IMG/VR virus record: IMGVR_UViG_3300035099_000047
Coordinates: 32,001 to 96,000 of that record
Reading direction: 5' to 3' (one strand)
DNA length: 64,000 nucleotides
DNA from: a virus
The position numbers were made by a program, and so were the translations under genes. The notes under the pieces were generated by a model that did no database searches, was not told the DNA's origin, and saw only the letters and a program-made list of their open reading frames with translations. Of this stretch, positions 1 through 10,221 are shown piece after piece; positions within the stretch are counted from its first letter, which is position 1, and each line of letters opens with the position of its first letter.

Positions 1-436
1 GCACACAAGTGAGCACTGCCCGGACTGCTTTGTTGCTGCAGCAGTTCCGAACCACCCCCATTGCATCCCAAAAATTGGTAGGCAAGTCGTTCCACTCACC
101 TGGATTTTCGATCTCTTCAGTAGGCAAGGCAATCTTGGCTTCCATACTGATCACAGCCCGGTCCCCAGGTACCCGAACACCCAAACCCCCCTGTTCCAAA
201 CCAATCTCCACTTCATCCTGGGGCAGCTTGCGCAACAAAGACAACAACTCTTTACCGTGAACAGCCCCCTCAAAATCAACCTTGCATTCCACCCGGCAAG
301 CCACAGTCTCGTTGTATGTAACCACATAACCACCATGGAACACAAAACAGTCGCTTTGGGCCAAATTCGGTATTTTAGCCAAACCAGCAGCCATGGCTTC
401 CAATTTGTTCAACAGATCTTTGCGTTTAACTTGCAT
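1..436 (-). CDS. DNA polymerase sliding clamp (beta-clamp-like), runs off the window
   Basis: Not in the ORF track. Manual translation from ATG at 436: MQVKRKDLLNKLEAMAAGLAKIPNLAQSDCFVF...GAVHGKELLSLLRKLPQDEVEI...CCSNKAVRAVLTCV, which follows the DnaN domain 1-2 pattern. Confidence 0.6.
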   Translation of the reverse strand, partial: MQVKRKDLLNKLEAMAAGLAKIPNLAQSDCFVFHGGYVVTYNETVACRVECKVDFEGAVHGKELLSLLRKLPQDEVEIGLEQGGLGVRVPGDRAVISMEAKIALPTEEIENPGEWNDLPTNFWDAMGVVRNCCSNKAVRAVLTCV

Positions 437-583
437 TATCCGGTTCCTTCAAACTAGAAATGACCTTTCGGCCTGTCAACGCCTCATATGTGAATTGCTT
501 CCCTTTGCTCCTCACAGGTGTAATCGCAAGGGCCCAAACGTTGGTAACTTCCACAATTAGGGCACTGCATTTGCTCACCCTTT

Positions 584-1396
584 TCAACCGTTACTGTACA
601 CCTTAGCAACCTTGATGGGGTTGAGTTTCTTCTTAAACTTTAGCAAACCCTCACTCCCCAGGCTTCCACCATCATTCACCAACTTTTTACGATTTTGAAC
701 CCATTCGCTGGTGTAAAACAAATATCGCAGGTACTCCTGCAAAAACGGATCCCCCCGATCCACACACAAGCGATGGTTGATATACATCCAGTTCTCATCG
801 CAAACGTTTAATCCCACCAACTCACCATTCAAGAACAACCCCCAACGCAGCAAACCCCGGATGGCAAACCGCAACATGACTTCAACATCTTCCAACTCCC
901 TACCTTTTGCCCATTTGTCCAACAAGTTGGCTGCCCCCTTACTACATTCCCTTTCATCCAACCTACGATACCAAATGTTGCCTGTTGTGCGGCTACACCA
1001 TTTGTGTACGTTGCGACGGAATGTCAACCATTTATTACCCACCATGAACAAAAACTGCTTCGGATCATAAATGATTTGATAATCCAAAAATTTCGTCAAC
1101 TCACCATCACCCCAACCCTTGTCAGGTTGGCTAGCCCAACAAGGAACGCTCAAATCAGGGGTATCATTGGTGTCCAAGGGGCAAACAAACCAACCATCCT
1201 CCCCAGGCTCTACAAAACCCCTGTATTCAGCAACTTGATTCCATTCCAAATCCTTCAGAGTCAAGTATTCTGCACTCTGAAAGAAATTAGGCTCCACGCC
1301 CACCTTCATCAGGCAATTCAAATAGTCCAGGATTAGCCTTTCGTTTACCACCACCGCGTTCCTTTTTAGGCAACTCCCCCTTAACCTCTTTTTCAC
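584..1396 (-). CDS. DUF2156/LPG-synthase-C-like GNAT protein (putative aminoacyl-tRNA-dependent transferase)
   Basis: DYQIIYD...GNKWLTFRRNVHKW and the C-terminal VNDGGSLGSEGLLKFKKKLNP match DUF2156 motifs. Confidence 0.65.
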   Translation of the reverse strand: MKKRLRGSCLKRNAVVVNERLILDYLNCLMKVGVEPNFFQSAEYLTLKDLEWNQVAEYRGFVEPGEDGWFVCPLDTNDTPDLSVPCWASQPDKGWGDGELTKFLDYQIIYDPKQFLFMVGNKWLTFRRNVHKWCSRTTGNIWYRRLDERECSKGAANLLDKWAKGRELEDVEVMLRFAIRGLLRWGLFLNGELVGLNVCDENWMYINHRLCVDRGDPFLQEYLRYLFYTSEWVQNRKKLVNDGGSLGSEGLLKFKKKLNPIKVAKVYSNG

Positions 1397-1460
1397 GAAG
1401 CAATCGCTCGATAAGCTTCTTGCTCACCCCTCCTGATTTACGACTCTTGCCGCCCACTTT

Positions 1461-1748
1461 CTAACCCTCCCCCTTTCCAGAACAACTACCAGGCATCGAA
1501 GGGAAACGATGCAGCAGAGACTTCAATGCCTTATCATATTCAGCCTTCTGGAGGAAGTATTCCCTGTCGTCCTCCACAACCATAACAGAAGAAGGTTCCC
1601 CTTTATCACCTATTCCATCAGGCATCTCTAAATCATTACTACCACAACGCGGGCAACAATTGATTGGTGGCCCCCCATCATCTGCTACATAGGTCACTTC
1701 ATATTGCAACTCACAATCAGTACAACGGATCAGGCGCAATTCAGTCAC
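1461..1748 (-). CDS. small zinc-ribbon protein
   Basis: CTDC...CPRCGS. Confidence 0.5.
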   Translation of the reverse strand: MTELRLIRCTDCELQYEVTYVADDGGPPINCCPRCGSNDLEMPDGIGDKGEPSSVMVVEDDREYFLQKAEYDKALKSLLHRFPSMPGSCSGKGEG

Positions 1749-2108
1749 GATTTTCCCCTAAAAAGCAAACACCTGAACCCCATTGCAAAGCACTCTCGCC
1801 CGTACCCCACTTCCTTTGCGCACCAATTCCGTGGCTTGAATAACAGCAGCCTCCAAAGTGTACATGGGAATGATTTGAGGATTCTGACCCTTACAAGTGA
1901 CTTCTATTTCAAACATGTTCGACAGCCTCCCAGCGCAAAAATTTAGCCAGTTGACGGTAGTCAGACCTCCACTCCACCCGCCAAGGTCCCCCTCGCTCAC
2001 CTATCAATTGCACCCGGGTGCCTCCACTCCGTTTAACAGCTAAAACCACCCGATCAGCTGTTTTCTTCAAGTGATACTCTCTGCTACAACTAAACCTATC
2101 AAGCCTCA

Positions 2109-2831
2109 TCACTTGTCCTCTTGCATTTCTCCACCCAGCTCATCATACACACACATACTTACTCTACCACGCATGTCTAGCTTCAAATCGTCAGACTCAA
2201 CATGAACCACGTCTTTCCCACCAAACCAAAACTTAACCTTATCTACAAACGTGTACAAAGCCATAAAATCATCCGTCCGCATACCCAAAGGCCCAAAGTG
2301 ATCAATCTCCACCGGGAACAACGGCATCCCTTTAGGCTTGTGTTCCACTTTAATCATTGTGCCTGTATAGATATTGCGCTGCACTATAGTCAGTTGTCCT
2401 TCGCGAGCACTAAACTCAATGTGACTCAAGCTATCATCCAGTAACTTACACACCTCACGAGGTATTACAGTCATACCGCCTATCGGCGGGCCTAACCTCC
2501 GAAACATATCCATTACCTGTTCCGGTGTATACTTGGGGGTCCTGCAACTCTTGGTGCGAATGTATTCTGGACTCTCCGCCCCATCAGTCAATATGAATTC
2601 CACTCGCCCGTCTTTCTCTACAACCTCTGAACTGTCGTAATCATTGGCTTCAAAGCTCACTGGGTGAGCAAACGGCTTTTCCCCAGTCAGGAACCGAAGC
2701 AACACCGTGCGATCGAAGTTAAGTATGTACACCCTATCATCAATACAATACACCGTGTTGCGAAACCGACCACACTGATGCAAAGCCACTGCATGCGAGA
2801 AAATGTTTTCTACGCGGTCAGATATTTTCAC
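2109..2831 (-). CDS. hypothetical protein
   Basis: 240 aa ORF overlapping its neighbours in the operon; no motif recognised. Confidence 0.6.
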   Translation of the reverse strand: MKISDRVENIFSHAVALHQCGRFRNTVYCIDDRVYILNFDRTVLLRFLTGEKPFAHPVSFEANDYDSSEVVEKDGRVEFILTDGAESPEYIRTKSCRTPKYTPEQVMDMFRRLGPPIGGMTVIPREVCKLLDDSLSHIEFSAREGQLTIVQRNIYTGTMIKVEHKPKGMPLFPVEIDHFGPLGMRTDDFMALYTFVDKVKFWFGGKDVVHVESDDLKLDMRGRVSMCVYDELGGEMQEDK

Positions 2832-4335
2832 AAATCAGGTCCTTTCTAAAATCGGTACCATCCCAAGTCCAAGTCTTACCATCCCGGTCATGCCCCACGG
2901 GTTCCAACCCTCTAGCCCAGCCGTGAGAGTAAGCATCATTACTTCCAGAGACATTCCAAAGCAAGTGGACCTCTTGTTTCAACGATTCACTCAAGAATCC
3001 ACCATGTTCATTTACCCAATTTACAAAATCTTGCCAATTGGTAGCCTGATTGCCCCGGCGTTTGATAAACCGGGCAGCCATCACCGCACAACCATAATTG
3101 AAACCCCCTCGGAACCAATCCCCCACTTCACAGCAAACGTCATCATCGTTGTCTGGCACATTGCCCATATCAAACGTGCTACATCGAATGCCCTTTTCCC
3201 TAAACAACTTCATAAACTCCCCAAGTAACAGACTACCCAACGGCTGACTGTCACACCCTAATAGGACCAAGCGATCCCAATCCAATCCAACATTGCAAAA
3301 TGCTTGATACATACCAGGGTTCTTAGCCGTATAGCTGTAAGTATCAAACGTAATGTGCCCCACCCCTGCATCCTTGAGGTCTGATATGTACCGCTCCACT
3401 TCGTCGGGTGGGTCACTCAAATACACCAAGAACGGTTCAATCCTAGCTACCACCCTCACCCCAGCCGAGGCCAATTGTTTCATAGCCCAAATGCGCCGTT
3501 CGTAACTAGGAGCACCAGGTTCCAACGCCTTGAGCACTTTGTTGTTGCTAGAAATCAACGTAACATGAACCGCCGCCTTGCCCTTGTTCTTGGCTAGGGC
3601 ATCCACGTAGTCATCTTCTCCAATCAAGTCACTCTTGGTGTTAACCATAGTAGGATAGGCCGTGTTAGACAAGTATCGCAGCAAACCGAGGCTAATACCC
3701 AACTTCCTCTCTTTGGGTAAAAAATCCTCGAACCGAATACCTAACCGCATAGGGATTTCCAAGGCAACTGCACGTTTCAAAGCTACCAAGGGGGATCCTG
3801 CATAGGCTTGCCAACCAGACTTACCTCCCCGAGTAGCCATCTTTTCCCCACTAGCAGTAACCCGAGCTATGCGACGCTCAGCCTTTTCATCGGATTCCCC
3901 TGATATGCTGTGGGTATCTTTACCCCGATAAGCCATCAACTTATCAAGCTCTCTGCAACTTTCATCCAAGTTACAATGGCGTAAGCCTACTGAGCGACTG
4001 TTGTCAAAAAAGGCTGTGTACAAAGTTGACTTAAAATTGCAAGCAAAACAGTATTTACATGCGTAAGGACAAAATATTGCATCGTACACATCCAAATTTA
4101 GAGGCATTGGACAAGCAGCTGCTCTGCAACTAACCTCAGCAAACGAGCCAAAATTATCCTCTTGCAACATGCGGGCCCGGCTTTGCCACTCTCTATTGTC
4201 CTGCTTAAACTCACGATACCCTTTTTTGCGCCCCTTTTCCTTTACAGCCTCCACCTTACCCCGGTCATCAACCAAGGGTTTCATGCGAGGGATCATTTGA
4301 CTCACAGCTTTGCGCAGCGCGTAGTAATTACTCAA
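2818..4335 (-). CDS. radical SAM protein (SplB/spore-photoproduct-lyase-like)
   Basis: CPYACKYC motif, TKSDLI, LEPGAPSYERRI, RIEPF. Confidence 0.85.
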   Translation of the reverse strand: MSNYYALRKAVSQMIPRMKPLVDDRGKVEAVKEKGRKKGYREFKQDNREWQSRARMLQEDNFGSFAEVSCRAAACPMPLNLDVYDAIFCPYACKYCFACNFKSTLYTAFFDNSRSVGLRHCNLDESCRELDKLMAYRGKDTHSISGESDEKAERRIARVTASGEKMATRGGKSGWQAYAGSPLVALKRAVALEIPMRLGIRFEDFLPKERKLGISLGLLRYLSNTAYPTMVNTKSDLIGEDDYVDALAKNKGKAAVHVTLISSNNKVLKALEPGAPSYERRIWAMKQLASAGVRVVARIEPFLVYLSDPPDEVERYISDLKDAGVGHITFDTYSYTAKNPGMYQAFCNVGLDWDRLVLLGCDSQPLGSLLLGEFMKLFREKGIRCSTFDMGNVPDNDDDVCCEVGDWFRGGFNYGCAVMAARFIKRRGNQATNWQDFVNWVNEHGGFLSESLKQEVHLLWNVSGSNDAYSHGWARGLEPVGHDRDGKTWTWDGTDFRKDLICENI

Positions 4336-4897
4336 CTTTAATCCCCTTCTCTCCCACGTACTTGTCCTCTTCCCAACCCGGGAACTTCAATTTACCTGAC
4401 TTAAACAAGGGTCGGAATATCTGAACAATTTCCTTTTCCCATCTTTTCATCATTTTTTCGTATGCTTTGAGATTAACAAGGGTCCCTTGACGACAAAGAT
4501 CCCGACAGCGATCCTGATGCTTGCGCCGTTGCAAATTGAGAAAATGTTGAAGTGAACAACAAGGGTCTCCTTCCCCACACAGTTCGTCTCCGAACATGCC
4601 CTCTTCTGCAGCCAGCTTCCAAGTCCCTTTCCGACACATGTCCGTAAACTCTTTACCTGCAGAACCTGACCACAACAACGTCCCCGGTAGCCACTTTTTT
4701 CCCTCAGCCACTAAGTAAATACGACACCTTTCTGCTTTAGCTATACCTTCACCCGGGTAAGGCTCAGCTGGCCGAATCGCCACATCCTTGCTGCCTATAC
4801 CTTCTCCGAAAGGGTGAAAAAGATCTATTGACTCAGCCATTTCCCGCACACCCGCCGCATGACCCACGTTAGACATTTCAAATCTCCCTTCCAACAT
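4328..4897 (-). CDS. hypothetical protein in the modification cluster
   Basis: 189 aa ORF overlapping both neighbours. Confidence 0.55.
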   Translation of the reverse strand: MLEGRFEMSNVGHAAGVREMAESIDLFHPFGEGIGSKDVAIRPAEPYPGEGIAKAERCRIYLVAEGKKWLPGTLLWSGSAGKEFTDMCRKGTWKLAAEEGMFGDELCGEGDPCCSLQHFLNLQRRKHQDRCRDLCRQGTLVNLKAYEKMMKRWEKEIVQIFRPLFKSGKLKFPGWEEDKYVGEKGIKVE

Positions 4898-5753
4898 TCC
4901 AAAACAACACTGGGTCTTTCAACCCTTTTATTCTACACCTCAACCACTCCCAAGCCTTCAAATCATAGTACCTATGACATGGAAATGGACATTCCACGGT
5001 ACTTGCTTGAGTGTATTCCCAACCCGGGTCCTCCAAGACCAGTGGACTACCACCGAGGCCTCCCCCCATTGGGTAGCCCCGAGCCTCGATTGATTCCTTT
5101 TTATGCTCCAAGTCCCCAGTACGCCCCATCACGCCTATTATTATACCATCCCCAGGCTTCCAACCCCGTAACAAACCCGCACAAACCGTTCCACTGCCCA
5201 CCGGTACCACTGTGGTCGCCGGTCGAATCAACTGAGTAACCGTTTTAACCCATTGATCCGCTGTAGCCTCTACAGTTTCACTCAATGGCAAACCCAACTC
5301 AAGCATTTCTGAACCATTCTTGTACCTATCCTTCAACATTTTCTTGCTGGAGTAATAGTTGATCTTGGCCCGTCCAGCCTCAATAGGCACCAACTCAGCC
5401 CCAAATTCCTTCCATTTGGCCCGGTGTTTCAACAACAATTCATTCGGCTGATTGTATTGAGGATCAAATATCACAGCCCTCATACCCAATTGTTGAGCTA
5501 CCCAAGCCACCCCGACCCCAGCCATGCTAATGGATGTCTCTGTGTATCCCACCACTGAGATCCCATTAGCTTTCAAACTACTCATCTTTTCCCACAGTCC
5601 ACGAACCTTGCTGAACGGAGGACCAGGCGCAGGGCAACATTGGTCTTCCCGCTTGACATACACGGTACGGCCCTTTACTTGATACACCTCCACCGGGGTA
5701 AGGGGATTTAGCTGAATCACACTTTCAAGCCCCACCGCAAACGCTTGCGACAC
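4878..5753 (-). CDS. PLP-dependent enzyme, fold type II (PALP; ACC deaminase/D-cysteine desulfhydrase-like)
   Basis: VYVKREDQ...SKVRG (PLP lysine), VPVGSGTV phosphate loop, YDLKAW. Confidence 0.8.
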   Translation of the reverse strand: MSQAFAVGLESVIQLNPLTPVEVYQVKGRTVYVKREDQCCPAPGPPFSKVRGLWEKMSSLKANGISVVGYTETSISMAGVGVAWVAQQLGMRAVIFDPQYNQPNELLLKHRAKWKEFGAELVPIEAGRAKINYYSSKKMLKDRYKNGSEMLELGLPLSETVEATADQWVKTVTQLIRPATTVVPVGSGTVCAGLLRGWKPGDGIIIGVMGRTGDLEHKKESIEARGYPMGGGLGGSPLVLEDPGWEYTQASTVECPFPCHRYYDLKAWEWLRCRIKGLKDPVLFWNVGREI

Positions 5754-6568
5754 AACTCAATTTGGCTCTCCCGTACATCCACACCCACGCTGTTCCTACC
5801 CCACCATTGGGCCACTTCACACGTAGTGCCCGAACCAACAAAAGGGTCCAAGACCCATCCTCCCGGAGGGCAACAACTCAAAATAAAAATCTCTGGCAAC
5901 CCTTCCGGGAAGGGGGCTTCGTTTTCATGAGCCAACTGATCCCCAATGTTACCACCTCCTACCACAAAGTGAAATACATTGCCCGGATTGGCCTTTTCCG
6001 GCGTTGTACGGCAGTTACGTTCCGGCTGCCTACGATGGGTAACCCGAGTGCCATCCTTGTTACGATTGCTCATCGCACCCCCAGTTCCATATTTAGGCTC
6101 GTGTCCACAAGCAGTGTTATCTGACCAGGGCAATTTACCAGGCCGCTTGAGGCATATAATGTACTCCCAATCCGCTCGAAACCAATCGTCCCCGCCACTG
6201 CCGGGAATGCCTACTCTATAATACACACATGGCCGATACATATGACAATCACCACCAGTCTGAAACCATTTAACCATCAAGGCTTCAGCCACTGGATAGT
6301 AATTGCGGTCCCTAGTAGGACAACCCATCACCCAAATCACCGGACCCTTGCAAATACGGGCGGCCTCAGTACTGACCTCCAACATATGGTCCACATATGT
6401 TTCAAAATCATCCCACCACTGCCATTCCTTCGACATCCCGTAGGTGCGAGCAAACAAATATGGCGGACTCCCGAACACCAAATCGAATCGATCGGCTGGT
6501 TGGGCTCTCATCCAAGTCAAGTTATCAGCACAAACCAGCTCGACCTTGATCACAACACAAATCTCCAC
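5717..6568 (-). CDS. DNA methyltransferase, beta class (probably N4-cytosine)
   Basis: N-terminal DLVFGSPPY catalytic motif and C-terminal VLDPFVGSGTT SAM-binding motif. Confidence 0.9.
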   Translation of the reverse strand: MEICVVIKVELVCADNLTWMRAQPADRFDLVFGSPPYLFARTYGMSKEWQWWDDFETYVDHMLEVSTEAARICKGPVIWVMGCPTRDRNYYPVAEALMVKWFQTGGDCHMYRPCVYYRVGIPGSGGDDWFRADWEYIICLKRPGKLPWSDNTACGHEPKYGTGGAMSNRNKDGTRVTHRRQPERNCRTTPEKANPGNVFHFVVGGGNIGDQLAHENEAPFPEGLPEIFILSCCPPGGWVLDPFVGSGTTCEVAQWWGRNSVGVDVRESQIELCRKRLRWGLKV

Positions 6569-7524
6569 GATCTACGTTTATCCAACCCTAGCTTTTGCTT
6601 GAACACATCTATTGTGTCTCCACAAATTATCCTACTCACCCCCAACCCACCAATCCATTCCAATGTCTTGGCAAAACCAAACACAGCAAAGCTATTATCT
6701 CCCAACTGGTGCTTATTAACCGTGATTTGTGCCTTGTCTCCCTTGACCTCAAATCCCACTGTGGCCCAAAGTACCCCATCACTTTTACGTCGGAACGACA
6801 AGAATTGGATATTCCCCACACCAGCGAAATACATGTCCAAATAAGCCAAATAATGACCCTTAAACAACATGAAATGACGATCCTTAGCATCTTCCGTCCA
6901 GGTGTCCCACAATTCTCTCACCTCTTCCTTTGAAAACTCACCTAAACCAACCTCGTACCGTTCTTGAGACAACCTGTAGTCCCGACGCATAACGTAACGA
7001 TGTTTGCCACTGTGGTGTGCTATCCTGTCCTCTAACACAAAAGGCGTGTCCACATAGTATTCATAATCACCTAATGGTTGTCCTTGCGGCCTCTCCCTAA
7101 ATGCAAAAGTCAATGATTTGACTTTACCTTTTATCCCTTGCAACGTTTGCAAGGCTTCCTCTGCACTACCACGAAACGTAATCAATTTGTAGTGGTCTCC
7201 ACGCCTTCGCAACAAGCAATTATCCACAAAACGGGCTTCACTGTTGTTCAAACTCAAACAAAAAGCAGCAGCAGAAGCTGGAAAATCAAAATAATCCAGT
7301 GGAACTTCACCTGCCAACCACTCACTAACCTTACCATAGGTTTCTTCCAACAAACCACCACCAATATCAAAATCAAAACCTTCCAACACGGCTATCCACC
7401 CCAAAACCTTAAAAATCAAATCCTTCCATCTCTCCAACCTGCTCCACCTCAATAGGTATTGGCTCCAAAAACTGAATATCAGTAGGGTCTCCATGGCCCA
7501 ATAGCACCACCGAAGCAAAGCCAA
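6550..7524 (-). CDS. second DUF2156/GNAT-like transferase (true start probably near 7390)
   Basis: DYEYYVD...SGKHRYVMRRDY and terminal FKQKLG parallel the motifs of 584..1396. Confidence 0.45.
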   Translation of the reverse strand: MALLRWCYWAMETLLIFSFWSQYLLRWSRLERWKDLIFKVLGWIAVLEGFDFDIGGGLLEETYGKVSEWLAGEVPLDYFDFPASAAAFCLSLNNSEARFVDNCLLRRRGDHYKLITFRGSAEEALQTLQGIKGKVKSLTFAFRERPQGQPLGDYEYYVDTPFVLEDRIAHHSGKHRYVMRRDYRLSQERYEVGLGEFSKEEVRELWDTWTEDAKDRHFMLFKGHYLAYLDMYFAGVGNIQFLSFRRKSDGVLWATVGFEVKGDKAQITVNKHQLGDNSFAVFGFAKTLEWIGGLGVSRIICGDTIDVFKQKLGLDKRRSWRFVL

Positions 7525-8116
7525 ACATACCCACCATTTCCACTCTCAAGTTCACTCTAGCCAATCCCTTGCTGAGCAACCAATAGTATTCCTCCACAGA
7601 CTGCACCCCATAGCTTTTACTCAAAGTACCAAACTTGAAAGCAAAACAAGCAGTATCCGTAACCATCAATCTATGACAAGCCTTACCAAACCTGCCCAAC
7701 ACCTCCCACCAATTCTCCAACTTACGATAGGTAAAATTATCACAGTCCATGAAGCACAGATCACAATCTGGAGGGTCCCAATTCCTAACATCAAAATTAG
7801 TGATTTCAGAGCAATACCCCCAATTGTCCTTTAGTATACTACAACAGTCTTCACTAAAGTCATTTAGATACATTTTGTCTATATCAAAACAACTGCTGGC
7901 CACAGCGGCACTAAAACCACAACCAGCCATAGCATCCAGGTAACACTGCAAATGTTTATCCGGTATAGAGCAATAAACCGCAGCAATTGCTCCGTACTTG
8001 TTTTTTATGTCCTTCCAGTGCCTTCCAACAAACTCACCCGGGGGCAAAAGCGCCCCATCTGCCCTCCGAACCATATCAGGCAACTTCAAACTCTTCCCCA
8101 TCACATGATAAATCAC
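7409..8116 (-). CDS. SAM-dependent methyltransferase-fold protein
   Basis: YLDAMAGCG motif I-like, LND, DLCFMD. Confidence 0.5.
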   Translation of the reverse strand: MIYHVMGKSLKLPDMVRRADGALLPPGEFVGRHWKDIKNKYGAIAAVYCSIPDKHLQCYLDAMAGCGFSAAVASSCFDIDKMYLNDFSEDCCSILKDNWGYCSEITNFDVRNWDPPDCDLCFMDCDNFTYRKLENWWEVLGRFGKACHRLMVTDTACFAFKFGTLSKSYGVQSVEEYYWLLSKGLARVNLRVEMVGMFGFASVVLLGHGDPTDIQFLEPIPIEVEQVGEMEGFDF

Positions 8117-9171
8117 AGCCCAGCATCCTTTAATGTAAAAAACTCACAACCATCTTCGCCCATCACTATTTGTTTGCCCTTATCATAGTCCCCTACACCT
8201 TCCCAGGTTCCTTCTAACACTTCCACTTTACTCCTACCCTGTTGGATACGGTGCACCCACCAATGAGTGTTAAACTTACTAGGATTAGGCACTGTTACGC
8301 CACAGCAGGTATTGCTCCGCTGCCGCCAACCCGGTTCCACATTAACAAAATCAGGACAACCCAGCACCATACCTTCCTCATCAGCTATTCTACACAATTC
8401 ACGCTGTATAGGTCTCCAATGTTTGTCTTGATTCATCTCCCAAATCCGCTCTATGTCCAACCCAATCTCAACAAACCGTTTAGCCACATGGTCATTCATG
8501 TGTAAATTGTAAGTGTTGTAGCTATGAACCCCAACAGATTTCAACCGTTTCAGCATATCACGGAACTGCTCAACCGTGTGATAGCCAGGTATGAATGGCT
8601 CACCATTAACTCCCACCTTGAATCCCCGTTTGACCCACTGAGCCATCAACTTGAACCGTTCCGGAACAGGTGTGGTCCGCCCTCGCTCTAACACCTCCCA
8701 ATCGCTCTCAGCTCCAGGACTGATGATGGGCATAATGGTCAACCCACCTAGCTTGTCCGCCTGCGCTAGCAAACCCTCTTCCATGTACAGTAACCCAAGA
8801 AACCGGGTTTGGATCACGTAGGACCACTCTAGTTGGATTAAGTGTTGCTGTATTCGATGAGACACCCGGTGTTCCGACTCAGCTAACTGATAAGGATCAG
8901 CCTTGTTGCCCAACCGAATAGTTTTTTTACGCTTGAGGGCCCAAGCCAAGCTGCTCTTGGGATTGGGGTTTTTCAAACCTCGCTCAAGCTGTCGGCGCAC
9001 CTCGTCTGGATCGGCCGGGCGGAGATCTTGACCCCAAGTGCGGTTCAGACGCCGCATATAGCAATGGTGACAGTCGGTCAAGCAATTCCAATAGGAATCA
9101 ATGGAAAGAGGCAAGGGGCAATACAGACAGTCCCCTCGGATGCCAACTGCCGATTGGTAATGTCCGGGCAT
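8113..9171 (-). CDS. radical SAM protein (SplB-like), paralog of 2818..4335
   Basis: CPLPLSIDSYWNCLTDCHHC, ADPYQ, EPFIPG. Confidence 0.85.
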   Translation of the reverse strand: MPGHYQSAVGIRGDCLYCPLPLSIDSYWNCLTDCHHCYMRRLNRTWGQDLRPADPDEVRRQLERGLKNPNPKSSLAWALKRKKTIRLGNKADPYQLAESEHRVSHRIQQHLIQLEWSYVIQTRFLGLLYMEEGLLAQADKLGGLTIMPIISPGAESDWEVLERGRTTPVPERFKLMAQWVKRGFKVGVNGEPFIPGYHTVEQFRDMLKRLKSVGVHSYNTYNLHMNDHVAKRFVEIGLDIERIWEMNQDKHWRPIQRELCRIADEEGMVLGCPDFVNVEPGWRQRSNTCCGVTVPNPSKFNTHWWVHRIQQGRSKVEVLEGTWEGVGDYDKGKQIVMGEDGCEFFTLKDAGL

Positions 9172-9238
9172 CTTGCTCTGACCCTAAAATAGGATCACTT
9201 CCACCATCGAGGCACCTTAACCCCTTCCTACAAAAATC

Positions 9239-9288
9239 AAAAAAGGCGGGGGAACGCAGAGTTTCAACTCAACACGCTCAACCCCGCC
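9239..9288 (-). terminator. putative intrinsic terminator
   Basis: Minus strand GGCGGGG...CCCCGCC followed by T6. Confidence 0.4.
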
Positions 9289-9492
9289 CCGGGGTTTGGT
9301 CCCACCGGGACTGGTAGATCTCATTCAGAAAGAGCTACCAGTCCCATCTTCTTCTGATTCCTGCTTCAACAACCATTGCCTGACTAGTCAGGTCTTACAC
9401 AGTTTCCACAGGCGTTTGCTTGCCTAGGGCAAGCCTGTTCCAGTGGAACTCACCGTACAGCAAAGTCGATCCCCACCAATCCCAACGGAGGC

Positions 9493-10074
9493 TCAATTGG
9501 TGACAGGCGTGACCTTGTCTCCATCCACGGTCAGGGCCCCAAACATCTGTCCAGCCATGGTGGACCACTTGGCTACAACGTAGGACTCTCTGGAGTTGCT
9601 CTTACCACCAGCAGCCACGTAATGCTTATCGATAGCTTCCGTCAGCTGTGCAATGGTGGAAGGACCCTTCAGTGCCACAACCACCTCCAAACCGGCCTTC
9701 ACCCGGCTGAGCTTAGATTGCTTGGGGGGCTTGGGGGCCTTGGCTGTCCCTCGTGGCCTTCCCCGCTTTTTCTCAACCACAGGGGCCGCAGGCTCAGTCG
9801 CCTCAGCAACACCTTCATCACCATTGGCTTCCACCACAGGCTTAGCCTCTTTAACCACCTCAACTTCGCCCTTGGTGCGGATCAACGTCTGAAGCGTTTC
9901 CAACTGCTCATCGGTCAGCTCCGCATCCTCCGGCTTCACCTGTTCAGCAATCTTGGCAACCTGCTCCATGGTCTTTTCCCGGCTCCAAGAACCCGCGTTC
10001 TTGTACCCGAGTGCCACACACAAACTCACAACATCCGACCTTAACAACTGAGTCATCTCCGGTCTCCCTATCAA
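9493..10074 (-). CDS. putative DNA-binding protein with AT-hook
   Basis: KKRGRPRG motif in a low-complexity linker between two helical regions. Confidence 0.45.
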   Translation of the reverse strand: MIGRPEMTQLLRSDVVSLCVALGYKNAGSWSREKTMEQVAKIAEQVKPEDAELTDEQLETLQTLIRTKGEVEVVKEAKPVVEANGDEGVAEATEPAAPVVEKKRGRPRGTAKAPKPPKQSKLSRVKAGLEVVVALKGPSTIAQLTEAIDKHYVAAGGKSNSRESYVVAKWSTMAGQMFGALTVDGDKVTPVTN

Positions 10075-10221
10075 CTAGAAATCGAACCTTTTGTTCAACC
10101 CACCTTGGGTCTCATCATTATCTATTATACACAGAGTTGAGTACAAACACACAGGATTCCAATAAAATTTTCAAAAATAGTTGCTACTCTTGAGTCCCCA
10201 ACTGGTTAGAACTTCAGTTCT

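Noticed and set aside
2109-2831. Second sliding clamp
   Set aside because: Size and beta-rich character fit, but no motif support. The ORF at 1..436 is the better match.
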